A stretch of DNA of 64,000 nucleotides from Bacteriovoracia bacterium (GTDB taxonomy: Bacteria > Bdellovibrionota > UBA1018 > JBFWNL01), in contig JBFWNL010000001.1 of assembly GCA_050251055.1 (NCBI GenBank), positions 459,825-523,824 of the forward strand. Direction: 5' to 3'. Position numbers and translations under genes: made by a program. Positions within the stretch are counted from its first letter, which is position 1. The number at the start of each line of letters is the position of its first letter. The notes beneath the pieces are model-generated. The model was not told where the DNA came from. It saw only the letters and a list, made by a program, of their open reading frames with translations, and searched no databases. This document shows, in pieces, positions 47,652 to 58,251 of the stretch.

Positions 47652-49244
47652 TCAGTGCCTAAAGTGCCGTACTCCCGTGAACGCCATGGCCATGCCGTGC
47701 TCGTTGCAGGCCTGGACGCTATCCTTGTCTTTCATGCTTCCCCCGGGCTGTACGATATACCGCAGCCCGCAGCGGTGCGCTTCGTCGACGGTATCTCGGA
47801 ACGGAAAAAAAGCATCGCTTACCATCACGCAATCGTCGAGCGCGCGACCACTTTGACCCAGCACCGAAAGCGCGCGCGGCACCGCCAATATTTTTAACGA
47901 ATCGATGCGGTTCGGCTGACCTTGGCCCGCGCCCACGAGCTGGAACGCGCCTCCCGGAGCCTCCGCCACGATAACGATCGAATTGGACTTCACGACCCGG
48001 CAAATCGCGCCGCCAAAGGCGGCCAACTGAGACTTGGCCGGCGGAAACGCCTTCTCCGTGACGGAGCGGAGGGCTTCACCGCCCGGGCCTGCTCCCCCGG
48101 CGTCCGGCGTCTGCACCAATCGCCCCCCCGGCACGGTAGTGGAAAGACGAACCGCGGTGTTCACGAAGCGCTCGATTCGCACGGCCTTGAGGTTCTTACG
48201 CGCCGACAAAAGCTGCGCCAGCACGCCCTGACCGGCCCTGAGCTCGGGAGCGGCAATCAGCTCCACGAAACGTTCTTTAAAAAACGGGGCCACGGTGGCA
48301 GAGAGCGGATCGGTGAAAAGCAAAACGCCGCCAAACGCCGAAACGGGGTCTCCCGCCCAGGCCAGCTCGAGCGCCCGCATCTGCGCGTCGCCCGGCGCTC
48401 CGCTTTTTGGCACCCACGCCACGCCACAAGGATTATTATGCTTGATGATCACGACGCCCGTGTACCCATCACCATGAATCTGCTTGAGCTCGCAGGCCAG
48501 ATCAAAAGCGGCGGAAAGATCTAAAATATTATTATAAGAAAGCTCGTTCGGAGTGAGCGCGGCTTCCTGCCCACCTCCCGCCGGCCACGCAATCGGGGAA
48601 TCCGCATCGACCTCGAGCCATCCCCGCTGATGGGGATTCTCGCCGTAACGAAGCGCGTGCCGCCGCTGCCCGCCCATTTCCCAGGCGATCGCCGCATCAT
48701 AAGCTAAAATCATATCCCAGGCGGCCGCGGCCGCGCGCGCGCAAGTCGCGTCGCCTACTTCGCCATCCCGCTTAAGTTGCACGATGACTCCTTCGTACTG
48801 AGAGGGATGCGTCAGTACGAGCGTATGCGGGGAGTTTTTCGCGGCGGAGCGCACGAGCGTCGGGCCGCCGATATCAATTTCGTCGACGAGCTTCGCGCCC
48901 GTAGCCCCCGAAGCCACCGCCTTTTCGAAAGGATAAAAATTCACGACCACGCAATCGATGGGCGAGATGCCCAGTTTCTTTAAGTCCGCCTCATCCACGG
49001 CGTCGCCGCGCCGATAAAGAATGCCACTGCAGACCGGGAACGAAAGCGTCTTCATGCGGCCTTGGAACGCCTCCGGGCTACCCGAAACTTTCTCGATGGG
49101 CGTGATCGGGATACCGGCTTGTTTCAAGATCTCGGCCGTTTTACCGGTGGCGACGATCTCCGCGCCCTGTTCCCGCATCGCGAGAGCTAACGGTGCGATA
49201 CCCGTCTTATCGGTGCACGTAAAAAGCGCGCGACGAATCTTCAT
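47652..49244 (-). CDS. purH: Bifunctional AICAR transformylase/IMP cyclohydrolase
   Basis: EIDIGGPTLVRSAAKN, LRYGENPHQ, LSYNN, KHNNPCG, SDAFFPFRD, QPGGS, GVRHFRH. Confidence 0.95.
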   Translation of the reverse strand: MKIRRALFTCTDKTGIAPLALAMREQGAEIVATGKTAEILKQAGIPITPIEKVSGSPEAFQGRMKTLSFPVCSGILYRRGDAVDEADLKKLGISPIDCVVVNFYPFEKAVASGATGAKLVDEIDIGGPTLVRSAAKNSPHTLVLTHPSQYEGVIVQLKRDGEVGDATCARAAAAAWDMILAYDAAIAWEMGGQRRHALRYGENPHQRGWLEVDADSPIAWPAGGGQEAALTPNELSYNNILDLSAAFDLACELKQIHGDGYTGVVIIKHNNPCGVAWVPKSGAPGDAQMRALELAWAGDPVSAFGGVLLFTDPLSATVAPFFKERFVELIAAPELRAGQGVLAQLLSARKNLKAVRIERFVNTAVRLSTTVPGGRLVQTPDAGGAGPGGEALRSVTEKAFPPAKSQLAAFGGAICRVVKSNSIVIVAEAPGGAFQLVGAGQGQPNRIDSLKILAVPRALSVLGQSGRALDDCVMVSDAFFPFRDTVDEAHRCGLRYIVQPGGSMKDKDSVQACNEHGMAMAFTGVRHFRH

Positions 49245-49254
49245 CGAAAGCCTC

Positions 49255-50028
49255 TCATCGCGATCCCTTCGCTTCCTGAAACGCATTCTCGAAAATGGCC
49301 AGGCCATCCCCGGGCGAACCCGCGGCGTCCGGCCGTGAAGTCCAGTCCGGGTGGGAAGTCCAGCGCACGAAGGCCTCGGGATGCGGCATGAGCCCAAAGA
49401 TCCGGCCCGTGGTATCGCAAAGGCCCGCAATACCGCTCTCACTGCCGTTCGGATTCGGACCATCGTAGTTCAGACAGAGCATGCCTTGCCGCTCGAGTTT
49501 GCTCAATACTTCACCGCGACTCATGGGCGCGACGATGATCCGTCCTTCGCCGTGCCGAATGGGTAGATCGATGGTACCCACGCCGCGAAGCCAAGCGCAC
49601 TTATTGCCTTTCGGCGCCACCCGGACCCAGCGGTTGATAAAATGACCGTCCTGGTTATGTGTGATCGACACGGCTTTGCCAAACAGGCCCATCCGAATCA
49701 GCGCCTGGAAACCGTTGCAAATGCCGATCACCAGCCCCCCCCGCGTGGCATAGGCGTGCAAGTCCCAGCGCAGGGCATGCAAGATCTTCAGCGCCAGCAC
49801 CCGGCCCGAGGCCAGATCATCTCCAAAGGAGAAGCCACCCGGAAGGGCCACGGCCGAAAACTCGCTGGAAAGCTGGTCGAGATTCATCTTGCGCTGGATG
49901 AGCTCGTTCAAATGAAAGACTTCCGCATCGAAGCCAGCCAGTCGGAACGCTTCCGCGGTCTCGGCCTCGCAGTTGATGCCGTCGCCGGTGATCACCAGCG
50001 CCTTCAGGGTCTTGGCGGCGGGACTCAT
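49255..50028 (-). CDS. purQ: FGAM synthase glutaminase subunit
   Basis: GINCEAET, PGGFSFGD, GICNGFQ, HGEG, NPNGS, GLMPHPE; ATGA overlap with purL. Confidence 0.95.
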   Translation of the reverse strand: MSPAAKTLKALVITGDGINCEAETAEAFRLAGFDAEVFHLNELIQRKMNLDQLSSEFSAVALPGGFSFGDDLASGRVLALKILHALRWDLHAYATRGGLVIGICNGFQALIRMGLFGKAVSITHNQDGHFINRWVRVAPKGNKCAWLRGVGTIDLPIRHGEGRIIVAPMSRGEVLSKLERQGMLCLNYDGPNPNGSESGIAGLCDTTGRIFGLMPHPEAFVRWTSHPDWTSRPDAAGSPGDGLAIFENAFQEAKGSR

Positions 50029-53000
50029 TCCCAGTAATCCTCCCTCACCCAGGCTCGGCGTAGCTCGGTGATCGGCAACGACCACGACCTTTGGCCTTCG
50101 ATACTCACTTCGAGCGCTCCCCGATTCGTGACCGAGCCGAGGTGCCGGAACGGAATCCGGTAGCGTTTCCACTCGTCCTCGAGGTTCTTCGCGTCCTTCG
50201 CACTAGCGGTGATGAGGAAGGAATGAAACCCCTCGCCGAAAGAAAACTCCCAGGGGTCTTCGATTTCCTTAAGATCGATCGCAGCGCCCAGGCCCCGCGC
50301 CAGCAAGCATTCCGCGAGCGCGACGAGCAATCCCCCTTCCGAGAGATCATGCATCGAGCGCAGCTGCGCCTGGAGCTCGCCTTTGGCGCGGCCGATCCAT
50401 CCGTATAGGTCCTGCGCCATCTCCCAGTTCGCGCTCGGGGCGCGGAGCCCTTTCTTGCCGGGCGCACTGGAGGGCACGACCACTTGCTTCTCGTTTCCCC
50501 CGCGTTCGCGTAACTTGTCGGAACACGCGGCGTGCAGCTCGGAGCCATAGAGCCCCAATCCTTCCCCGCCCAAGAGATAAATTTGATCGCCCAGCGCCTT
50601 GAAATCCGAGGTGCGCGCGAAGCGTACATCGGCGATACGCCCGACCGCGGTCATGAGCAAGGTAGGTACGACCGAAATGGTCACATCTTTACCCTCGCGC
50701 TTACCGCGGAAATCGTTTTTCATGCTGTCTTTGCCCGAAATAAGCGGCGCTTCGAGCGCCAAGGCAGCTTCCTTCATGCCGTAGCAGGCGCGCACAAGGG
50801 CGGCCGCCTTGCCAGTATCGGCCACCGGATCCGGCCAGCAGAAATTATCAATGAGTGCTACGAGCGCCTTCTTCGTGCCGAACTCGGCGCCCACGCAGAG
50901 AATATTGCGGATCGCCTCGTCTACAGCGGCCTGGGCCATCAGGTAAGGATCGAGATCGGAAAACTTGGGCTGAATACCGCACCCCACCACGAGACCGGCC
51001 GCCGAGTGGGGCTTGGGTTTGATCACCGCGGCGTCGTTGGGGCCGCTCCAGGCTTCGGTTGTCCCCGAGTTCACCGTATGCAATGGCTTCACCACCGAGG
51101 TGCCCTGAACCTCGTGGTCGTATTGCCGGATCAACCACTCCTTGGAGGCGATGCCGGGACGCGCGAGTAACTCGAGCAGACGAACGGGCGCTTCCTTATC
51201 GAAGGAAAGCTCCACCGCGCCTGGGCTTGGCGGCATGCCCGTCCAAACCGCTTCCAGCTCGAGCTTAGGTACGCCGTCGTGCAAAAACTCCAAATTCAGT
51301 AGGCCCACGATTTTTTGATCATGGAGAATTTCGAAGTAACCCGTATCGGTAAACTCACCGAGGTCGCTCACCTCCACGTCGCGCGAAGCGGCGAGCGCGA
51401 GGAAAGCCTTGAGTTTTTCAGGCGGCACCACCACCGTCATGCGCTCCTGCGATTCGCTCACCACTAGTTCGTACGGCTTCAGGCCCGGGTACTTGGTCAA
51501 GGCCCGCGCCACGTCCATGCGCGCGCCGTTGGAGATCGTGGAGAGCTCACCCACCGAGGAAGAAAGTCCGCCCGCCCCGTTATCGGTAAGCGCTCGGTAC
51601 AGGCCCAGATCGCGCGCCTGCAGGAGGAAGTCCGCCGCGCGCTTCTGCGTAATGGGATCACCCAGCTGTACCGCCGTGACGGGTGAGTTTTCGTCGAGCG
51701 CCAAGGACGAGAACGTCGCCCCGTGGATTCCGTCCTTGCCGATGCGTCCGCCCACCATGCAAATGCGATCGCCCGGCTTCACTTCCTTGGACTCGCACGG
51801 GCGGCCATCGATCTTCAGCGGCAAAATCCCACCCGTGCCGCAGTAAACCAGTGGTTTGCCCAGATAGCGCTGGTCGAAGACCAGCGCCCCGTTCACCGTG
51901 GGAATGCCGCTCTTGTTCCCGCCATGTTCCACGCCCCGGCGCACGCCCGCCAAAATCCGGCGCGGATGAAAAATTCGGTCCGGCAACGGCGAAGCGAAAT
52001 CCGGGGCCGCCAGGCAGAAGACATCCGTGTTGAAAATGGGTTTCGCACCCAGGCCGCAGCCCAAGATGTCGCGATTCACGCCCACGATGCCGGTGAGGGC
52101 CCCGCCGTAGGGGTCCAGCGCCGAAGGGCTGTTATGAGTCTCTACCTTCACGCAAACGGCGTCTTCCTCGTCAAAAGCAACAATCCCGGCGTTATCTTTG
52201 AACACTGACAGCAGCCAAGGACGTTCGATCTCGCGCGTGGTCCCCGCGACCGTCTCCTGGAAGAGGCTTTCGACTTTCTTCGGGATGCGCGTGGAAACTC
52301 CGCGGGCGGACTCCTCAGCGATGTTCTCGCTGTAAGCGATCCGGGCGTTGAAAAGCTTGTGCTTGCAGTGCTCCGACCACGTCTGGGCCAGAACTTCCAT
52401 CTCCACATCCGTCGGCAGGCCTAAGCCCATGGCTTGGCGTTTCTGCTGGGTGGCCGGATCATTATAATGGCCACGGATGGCCTGCATCTCGGCAAGCGTT
52501 AACGCCCACAGGCTCTTGCGGCTCAGCTCTTCGAGCTGTTTGTCCGAGAGCTTGCCGAGATCGTAGGTCATGACCGGGGCAGCTTTGGCCTGCGCATGAT
52601 TACGGATGAGGACCTTCGGCAACTCCCACTTGACCTGGTCGGGCTGGAAACGCTCGATCTTCTTTAACTCGTCATGCGTACGCACGGTCCAAGACTCGAT
52701 GAGCTCGTTACAAAATACATCGCGGGCCAGCGTCGTAAGGTCGTTATCCCCAAGCTCCGGACCCTCTACCAGCAAGAGCTGGCCGCTAGCGGCGCGGGCA
52801 TTATCGAGCTTCGTGCCCAAGACGATCTCCAAGGCCTCGAGCGTCGTACGCGCCACGTTGTCGGTTACCCCTGGTCGGAACCGGCGTTCCAAACCCCAAA
52901 AGCCGCCGCTGCGGTAAGGCGCCGCGTCCAGCAGATCTTGAATGCCGCCGTGGCGGCCGGATGCCGAGGGAATCAAATCGCCGGTAAAAAGGAGATTGAG

Positions 53001-53204
53001 CACGGGATCCCAGAACATTTCGGTAATTGCCGGGATGAGCTGGCTTCGCTGGGCGGAGGTATCCAACCAGTAGATATCGAGTACGCGTGCCCAGCGGACT
53101 TTGCGACGCAGCTCGGGATGGCTTTGCTCCAGACGCCGCAGGAACGCGTTCGCGGCGGGGTCGCTAAACTCGGGACGGATGGCGACTTCAATGCGAACGT
53201 GCAC
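50025..53204 (-). CDS. purL: FGAM synthase subunit PurL with an N-terminal PurS-like extension
   Basis: QTWSEHCKHK, KVETHNSPS, DGIHGATFSS, DNGAGG, SESQERM, QYDHEV, ISGKDS, HDLSEGG. Confidence 0.95.
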   Translation of the reverse strand: MHVRIEVAIRPEFSDPAANAFLRRLEQSHPELRRKVRWARVLDIYWLDTSAQRSQLIPAITEMFWDPVLNLLFTGDLIPSASGRHGGIQDLLDAAPYRSGGFWGLERRFRPGVTDNVARTTLEALEIVLGTKLDNARAASGQLLLVEGPELGDNDLTTLARDVFCNELIESWTVRTHDELKKIERFQPDQVKWELPKVLIRNHAQAKAAPVMTYDLGKLSDKQLEELSRKSLWALTLAEMQAIRGHYNDPATQQKRQAMGLGLPTDVEMEVLAQTWSEHCKHKLFNARIAYSENIAEESARGVSTRIPKKVESLFQETVAGTTREIERPWLLSVFKDNAGIVAFDEEDAVCVKVETHNSPSALDPYGGALTGIVGVNRDILGCGLGAKPIFNTDVFCLAAPDFASPLPDRIFHPRRILAGVRRGVEHGGNKSGIPTVNGALVFDQRYLGKPLVYCGTGGILPLKIDGRPCESKEVKPGDRICMVGGRIGKDGIHGATFSSLALDENSPVTAVQLGDPITQKRAADFLLQARDLGLYRALTDNGAGGLSSSVGELSTISNGARMDVARALTKYPGLKPYELVVSESQERMTVVVPPEKLKAFLALAASRDVEVSDLGEFTDTGYFEILHDQKIVGLLNLEFLHDGVPKLELEAVWTGMPPSPGAVELSFDKEAPVRLLELLARPGIASKEWLIRQYDHEVQGTSVVKPLHTVNSGTTEAWSGPNDAAVIKPKPHSAAGLVVGCGIQPKFSDLDPYLMAQAAVDEAIRNILCVGAEFGTKKALVALIDNFCWPDPVADTGKAAALVRACYGMKEAALALEAPLISGKDSMKNDFRGKREGKDVTISVVPTLLMTAVGRIADVRFARTSDFKALGDQIYLLGGEGLGLYGSELHAACSDKLRERGGNEKQVVVPSSAPGKKGLRAPSANWEMAQDLYGWIGRAKGELQAQLRSMHDLSEGGLLVALAECLLARGLGAAIDLKEIEDPWEFSFGEGFHSFLITASAKDAKNLEDEWKRYRIPFRHLGSVTNRGALEVSIEGQRSWSLPITELRRAWVREDYWE

Positions 53205-53832
53205 GTTCTACGCTCCTTCCCCGCAAGGCGAACTCCTCGCGCACGACCCAATCCAACGTTTCGGGATAGAGACGGTGCTCGATCGCCAGGCCCCGCGCTT
53301 CCACCGCTTCCGCCGAAACGCAGTCGTCAATGGCGAAGCTCTCTTGAGCGCAGATCGGGCCGTGATCTAAATCGAGGTCAACCAGATGAACCGTCACGCC
53401 CGTGACCTTACACCCGTAGGCGAACGCCTGTCGATAACTCTCTAGGCCAGGAAAAGCGGGCAAAAGCGAGGGATGCACATTCACAACGCGGGCGTAGCCC
53501 TCGGGCGACGAAAACTCCCGAAGCAAAACGTCGGACAATATTCTACGAAAACCGGCCAAGACGACGAACCGGGGCGAGTACGGTTGAATGGCTTGCAGAA
53601 TCCGACGATCGTACGCTTCACGCGATCCACCCTGCGGCTCCACGAGCGCCGTGGGAATTCCCGCCGCGCGCGCCTTCTGGAGCACCGGTGCTCCCGCGCG
53701 ATCGCACACCAGGCAAGCCACCCGAGCCCGCAGCCTGCCCGCCGCAATCGCCGACACGATCGAGGCGAACCCGCTTCCCCGGCCGGAAGCAAAAACGACG
53801 ATTGAAACCGGCTCCCGCTGGTCTTCCTTCAC
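53188..53832 (-). CDS. purN: Phosphoribosylglycinamide formyltransferase
   Basis: ASGRGS, VLAGF, NVHPSLLPAFPG, GVTVH, DHGPI, EHRLYP. Confidence 0.96.
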   Translation of the reverse strand: MKEDQREPVSIVVFASGRGSGFASIVSAIAAGRLRARVACLVCDRAGAPVLQKARAAGIPTALVEPQGGSREAYDRRILQAIQPYSPRFVVLAGFRRILSDVLLREFSSPEGYARVVNVHPSLLPAFPGLESYRQAFAYGCKVTGVTVHLVDLDLDHGPICAQESFAIDDCVSAEAVEARGLAIEHRLYPETLDWVVREEFALRGRSVERARSH

Positions 53833-55151
53833 AGCGCCGCCACATCCTTCCGGTACTGCATGCCTTCAAAACTTACCTTCCCCAAATTTTCGTAGGCGGC
53901 CTGTCTCGCGTGCACGAGCGTAGGCCCCAGTCCGAGCGCCCCGAGTACCCGGCCTCCGCTCACCTTCCATGCGCCGGCCTCTTCCTTGGCCCCGCTGATA
54001 AAATATCGGGGCGCGGCCGCCGCGGCGCCCGGAAAGTCGGCTGGACAATGGATCACGGCGCCCGGCCGAGGCAGTTCCGGATAGCCGGCCGAGGCCGCCA
54101 CGACATAAACACTGGCCTGAGGCTCAAACTTCACGGCTTCCGGCATGCGCTTCAAGCGACGCTCCGCTACCGCCAGGCACCACTCGTAGAGATCGTCCCG
54201 CATGCGCGGAAGTAGCGCCTGCGTCTCGGGATCACCGAAGCGGGCGTTGAACTCGAGCACCCAAATCTGGCCGGAATCTCGATTGATCATGAGTCCCGCG
54301 TAGAGCACCCCCCGAAAAGGGCAGCCCTCGCGCGCCATCTCGCGCAGAACGGGTAAGAACACATCGTGCCGCACCCGGCGCTCGAACTCGGGGCGCATCA
54401 CCTCGACCACGGGGCTATACGCCCCCATCCCACCCGTGTTGGGGCCACGCGCCCCATCGAGCAGCTGCTTATAGTCACGCGCCGGCTCCAGCAACGCGCA
54501 CGAATCGCCGTCGCAGAAGGCAAGCCAAGAAACCTCTTCGCCCACCAAGAACTCCTCGATGATGAGCTTTGGAGAAATCTTTAGCAACCGCTCCGCCGCA
54601 CCTTTCGCCTCAGTGAGCGTGCGGCAAAGCTCCACGCCTTTACCCAGGGCCAATCCATCCGCTTTCAACACCCAAGCGGGCGGCCCGTCGCTCGAATCGG
54701 CCCAGCCCGTGAGGCTCGCTAACACCGTCGCGGTCTCTTCTGCGCCCACCGTCACGAAAAAACGCGCGGTGGGCACCTTCGCCCGTTGCATCAGGCTCTT
54801 CGCATAGACCTTACTGGCTTCGATGCGCGCGGCCTTGGCCGTCGGACCAAAAACTTTCAAGCCCTGGCTCTCAAACACATCCGCGATGCCGGCGGCCAAC
54901 GGGTTATCGGGTCCGATCACCGTCAAATCCACTTTCAAGGCACAGGCCCGCTCGGCGAGTTTCACAAAAGCTTCGTTTGAGTCGAGCCGGACGTCTTCCC
55001 AGCGCTCCACGGTGCAGGAGTCCCCCGGGGCGGAGCGCATGCCGTCATTGCCCGGCGCCACAATCACGCGTCCCACTTGGGGCGAACGCGCGAGTTTCCA
55101 CACGATGGCGTGTTCGCGTCCGCCGCTCCCCACCACGAGGACCGTCTTCAT
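53829..55151 (-). CDS. purD: Phosphoribosylamine-glycine ligase
   Basis: GSGGREHA, APGN, KADGLALGKGV, GPNTGGMGAY, EFNARFGDPE, GGRVL. Confidence 0.97.
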   Translation of the reverse strand: MKTVLVVGSGGREHAIVWKLARSPQVGRVIVAPGNDGMRSAPGDSCTVERWEDVRLDSNEAFVKLAERACALKVDLTVIGPDNPLAAGIADVFESQGLKVFGPTAKAARIEASKVYAKSLMQRAKVPTARFFVTVGAEETATVLASLTGWADSSDGPPAWVLKADGLALGKGVELCRTLTEAKGAAERLLKISPKLIIEEFLVGEEVSWLAFCDGDSCALLEPARDYKQLLDGARGPNTGGMGAYSPVVEVMRPEFERRVRHDVFLPVLREMAREGCPFRGVLYAGLMINRDSGQIWVLEFNARFGDPETQALLPRMRDDLYEWCLAVAERRLKRMPEAVKFEPQASVYVVAASAGYPELPRPGAVIHCPADFPGAAAAAPRYFISGAKEEAGAWKVSGGRVLGALGLGPTLVHARQAAYENLGKVSFEGMQYRKDVAAL

Positions 55152-56515
55152 GCGGGATCGCTCCCACCGCCCGAATCTTCAAAAGTAAGTTCGGCCTGCG
55201 CACTCGGCGCCGCGGGTTGCTTGCCGCGCGCCAAGGAAGGGGGAACGAGCATGGCGAACTGGGAAATCAGTCGATCTAGGCTCCAGGCTCCCGGAAACCA
55301 GGTACCTCCGCCAATGAGCTGGGTCAGCGTCATGTAAAGCTGGGAAACCAGTTCGACATGCGCGGCGGGCAGCGGCGGCGGGGGGACGTTCACCCCGCGC
55401 TTCCAGTCGGCGTTACCGCTCGCGGCCGCCTTCTTTTTCGCTTCCACCGTCTGCGCGTACCACTCGGTATCCCGATAAAACGCGCGAATGAACTCCTTCG
55501 ACAGGTGCACGAGCCCTCCGCCGGGCGCCGGCGCGGTTAAGCGCAGCTCGTCGGGGCCAATGGCGTCTACGAGGAAGACCTTACCGTCGGGACCCAAGGC
55601 GAACTCCAGCTTTCCATCCCAAAGCTCCAGTCCACACTTCGCGCACGTGGCGCGCAAAAAACCCGCGATCCAAGTCGCCTGCACCATCAATTCCTGCATC
55701 TGCTCGGCGTTGAGACCGGAAATCGCCAGGGCCTCATTCATTCCTACGGGGCGATCGGTGGACTCGAGTTTCGTGAACAACTCCAGCACGGGAAACTCCC
55801 ACTTCGCGCCCGCCTTGAGCTTAGCGCCAACAAGCTCGGCCGGCAGCGGCAGCGACTCCCAGTAGGCGGGATTCTTCGCCACGCGCTCCAAAATAGAACT
55901 GCCTTCGGGGGCGCCAAAACGAAACACTACTTCCAGGGGCACCAAACGCGGCGCGGGAGCTTCGCGCGTGGGGGCGTAGTCTACGACCGCCTTCCCCATC
56001 ACCGCCCGAAGGGTGGGTTTTACCACGGATACCTGCCGCACCAGCATGCACTTCAAGGGTTCCCGAAGCGCGCTCAGCTCCACGGGCGCGACGGCCGCGC
56101 CGTCGGCCGCGAGATCCGCCTCGCGCGCCAAGCCCAGGTAATGCGTCCGCAGACCTTCTTTTTGCAAACGTTCGCCGAGTTCATTGAAAGCCGAACCGAG
56201 CGATGTCGGCGTGCCGTCTTCACGAATGCCCTTCTTCAGCTGAACCGAGTGCACCGAAGTGATACCCTTGCGCAGCGCCAACGCCACTTGCGAGCGCGAA
56301 AAATCCTGCCAAGCCGTCGGGTTTTCCAAACGCGAAAAAAGGGCCGCGCCCATGAGCGCGAGCGCCTCGCCTTTACGCGGAATCGCGTCGGGCATACGGC
56401 CCCAATCGAAAACTGAAAATGCATCCGAATACCGAAAGACGACGGCCGTGTGCCCCTTGGCTTGGACTGGCCCCAGCACGTCCTTCACGGAGCCGCGGTA
56501 CATGGGAGAGATCAA
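55148..56515 (-). CDS. purC: SAICAR synthetase, long form
   Basis: YRGSVKD, FSVFDWG, IPRKG, PLEVVFR, TKLE, DGKLEF, DAIGPDELR, SKEFIR; TTG start overlapping the purF stop, or ATG 56503. Confidence 0.88.
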   Translation of the reverse strand: MISPMYRGSVKDVLGPVQAKGHTAVVFRYSDAFSVFDWGRMPDAIPRKGEALALMGAALFSRLENPTAWQDFSRSQVALALRKGITSVHSVQLKKGIREDGTPTSLGSAFNELGERLQKEGLRTHYLGLAREADLAADGAAVAPVELSALREPLKCMLVRQVSVVKPTLRAVMGKAVVDYAPTREAPAPRLVPLEVVFRFGAPEGSSILERVAKNPAYWESLPLPAELVGAKLKAGAKWEFPVLELFTKLESTDRPVGMNEALAISGLNAEQMQELMVQATWIAGFLRATCAKCGLELWDGKLEFALGPDGKVFLVDAIGPDELRLTAPAPGGGLVHLSKEFIRAFYRDTEWYAQTVEAKKKAAASGNADWKRGVNVPPPPLPAAHVELVSQLYMTLTQLIGGGTWFPGAWSLDRLISQFAMLVPPSLARGKQPAAPSAQAELTFEDSGGGSDPA

Positions 56516-58062
56516 GCCGCCCCCCCTTTACCCGCCTTTTCGCCCGCGGTTTTTGCCGCCTTACGGTCCTCGCTCCGGGCGGTGCCGAAACGACGGCCTT
56601 CGGAAATATCACTCGGGTAATCCCCATCCAGGCAAGCCATGCAAGGCTTGTTGGCATAGACGCCATTGCCGGCCGCCTTGATCGCGTCACGCAAACCTTG
56701 GTGATCGAGGTAAATCACCGCGTCGGCGCCCAGCTCACGCTCCACTTGATCAACCGTGCGGTTATAGGCAATCAGCTCTTCATTGCTGGGAAAATCAATC
56801 CCGTAGTAGCAGGGGTTTTGGATCGGCGGGCAGGTCGACACGAAGTAAACCTTCCTGGCCCCGGAGCCGCGTACGAGCTCAATCAGCTTGCGCGAGGTCG
56901 TGCCACGCACGATGGAATCATCCACGAGCAAGATGCTCTTACCCTCGATCTCGCTACGTACGGGCGAAAGCTTGAGGTTCACGGCGCGCCGGCGCTTCTC
57001 GTCGGAATCCAAGATAAACGTCCGTTTGATATACCGGTTTTTGATCAGCGTTTCGCGGTACGGAAGCCCGAGCTCCTCGGCCAAAGCAATGGCGGCGATG
57101 CGCGAGGTTTCCGGCACCGGCACCACCATGTCAGGGGCGATGCGACCGCTATCGATCTGCTGCTTGATCAGTTTTGCCAACCCCTTACCCAGCTGGATAC
57201 GAGAGGCGTACACCGGAACCTGATCAATCACGGACTCGGGTGACGCGAAGTAAACCCACTCGAACATGCAGTGGCGTGCCCCCGGCTTCAGGGCCGGCGG
57301 CCGCAGTACGCGCGAATGAACCTGCCCCTGGAGATCAATGAAGAGTACCTCGCCCGGCTCCAGGTTCTTTACGATCTCGTAGCCGTTGAAATTCAAAGCC
57401 ACGCTCTCGGACGCGATCATGTGCGATTCACCGGTGGGGAGAGAACTTTCGCGATCCGCGTTGGGATAGGCGCGGCGCGCTCGCCGCCGTCCCCACACCA
57501 GGGGTCGGATGCCGTAGGGATCGCGAAACGCGAGCAGCCCATGCTCGGCGATCAAGGTAAGCACGCTATAGCTGCCGTTCACCCGGGTCATGATCGTGTT
57601 CAGGCTCTTGCAGATGTCTTCGAAGATATTGCCCGTTCCCGCTTCGGCGATCCCATCGGCGAGCATGTTCATCAAAACTTCCGAATCGGAGTGCGTGAGC
57701 AGGTGACGCCGTTTCGTTTTGAGCTCCGCCGCGAGCTGCTCGTAATTGACGAGGTTACCGTTATGCACGAGCCCGATGCCGAAAGGGAAGTTGATGAGGA
57801 AGGGTTGCACGTCGACCAAATCGCCCTTGCCGATCGTGGCGTACCGGGCGTGGCCGACGGCCATGGAGCCAGTGAGCGAGTCGATGTTTTCACGCGTAAA
57901 AACGTTCTCGACCAGCCCGGTGTTTTTCACCCGGTGAAAACCGCTTTCATCATAGGTGAGGATACCGGCCGCGTCTTGTCCCCGGTGTTGAAGCGTGGTG
58001 AGGCTCAGGAAAGCTTCCCGTGCCGCCTCTGGGGATCCGATGAGTCCAACGACGCCGCACAT
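56512..58062 (-). CDS. purF: Amidophosphoribosyltransferase
   Basis: N-terminal MCGVVG, QHRGQD, GHARYAT, HNGNL, RDPYGIRPL, VDDSIVRGTT, CYYGID. Confidence 0.97.
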   Translation of the reverse strand: MCGVVGLIGSPEAAREAFLSLTTLQHRGQDAAGILTYDESGFHRVKNTGLVENVFTRENIDSLTGSMAVGHARYATIGKGDLVDVQPFLINFPFGIGLVHNGNLVNYEQLAAELKTKRRHLLTHSDSEVLMNMLADGIAEAGTGNIFEDICKSLNTIMTRVNGSYSVLTLIAEHGLLAFRDPYGIRPLVWGRRRARRAYPNADRESSLPTGESHMIASESVALNFNGYEIVKNLEPGEVLFIDLQGQVHSRVLRPPALKPGARHCMFEWVYFASPESVIDQVPVYASRIQLGKGLAKLIKQQIDSGRIAPDMVVPVPETSRIAAIALAEELGLPYRETLIKNRYIKRTFILDSDEKRRRAVNLKLSPVRSEIEGKSILLVDDSIVRGTTSRKLIELVRGSGARKVYFVSTCPPIQNPCYYGIDFPSNEELIAYNRTVDQVERELGADAVIYLDHQGLRDAIKAAGNGVYANKPCMACLDGDYPSDISEGRRFGTARSEDRKAAKTAGEKAGKGGAA

Positions 58063-58157
58063 AGATACTTTTCTTACCATAACTGGGGGGGCGGAATACA
58101 TATAAGCCCCTTATAACGCAATTCGTCAATAGTTTGATGATCTTAGTCACCCTCCCC

Positions 58158-58186
58158 TTGCAAGTCGGGCGCGCGGTCGCTACACT
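58158..58186 (+). promoter_or_regulatory. Putative sigma70 promoter TTGCAA-N17-TACACT
   Basis: Good consensus match with 17-bp spacing upstream of the small ORF. Confidence 0.55.
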
Positions 58187-58251
58187 GTGGGCGGGTACGG
58201 CCGATTATGGAGTTGAGCGGCCACAAATCGCAGGGAGGGGAAAGAGCATCC

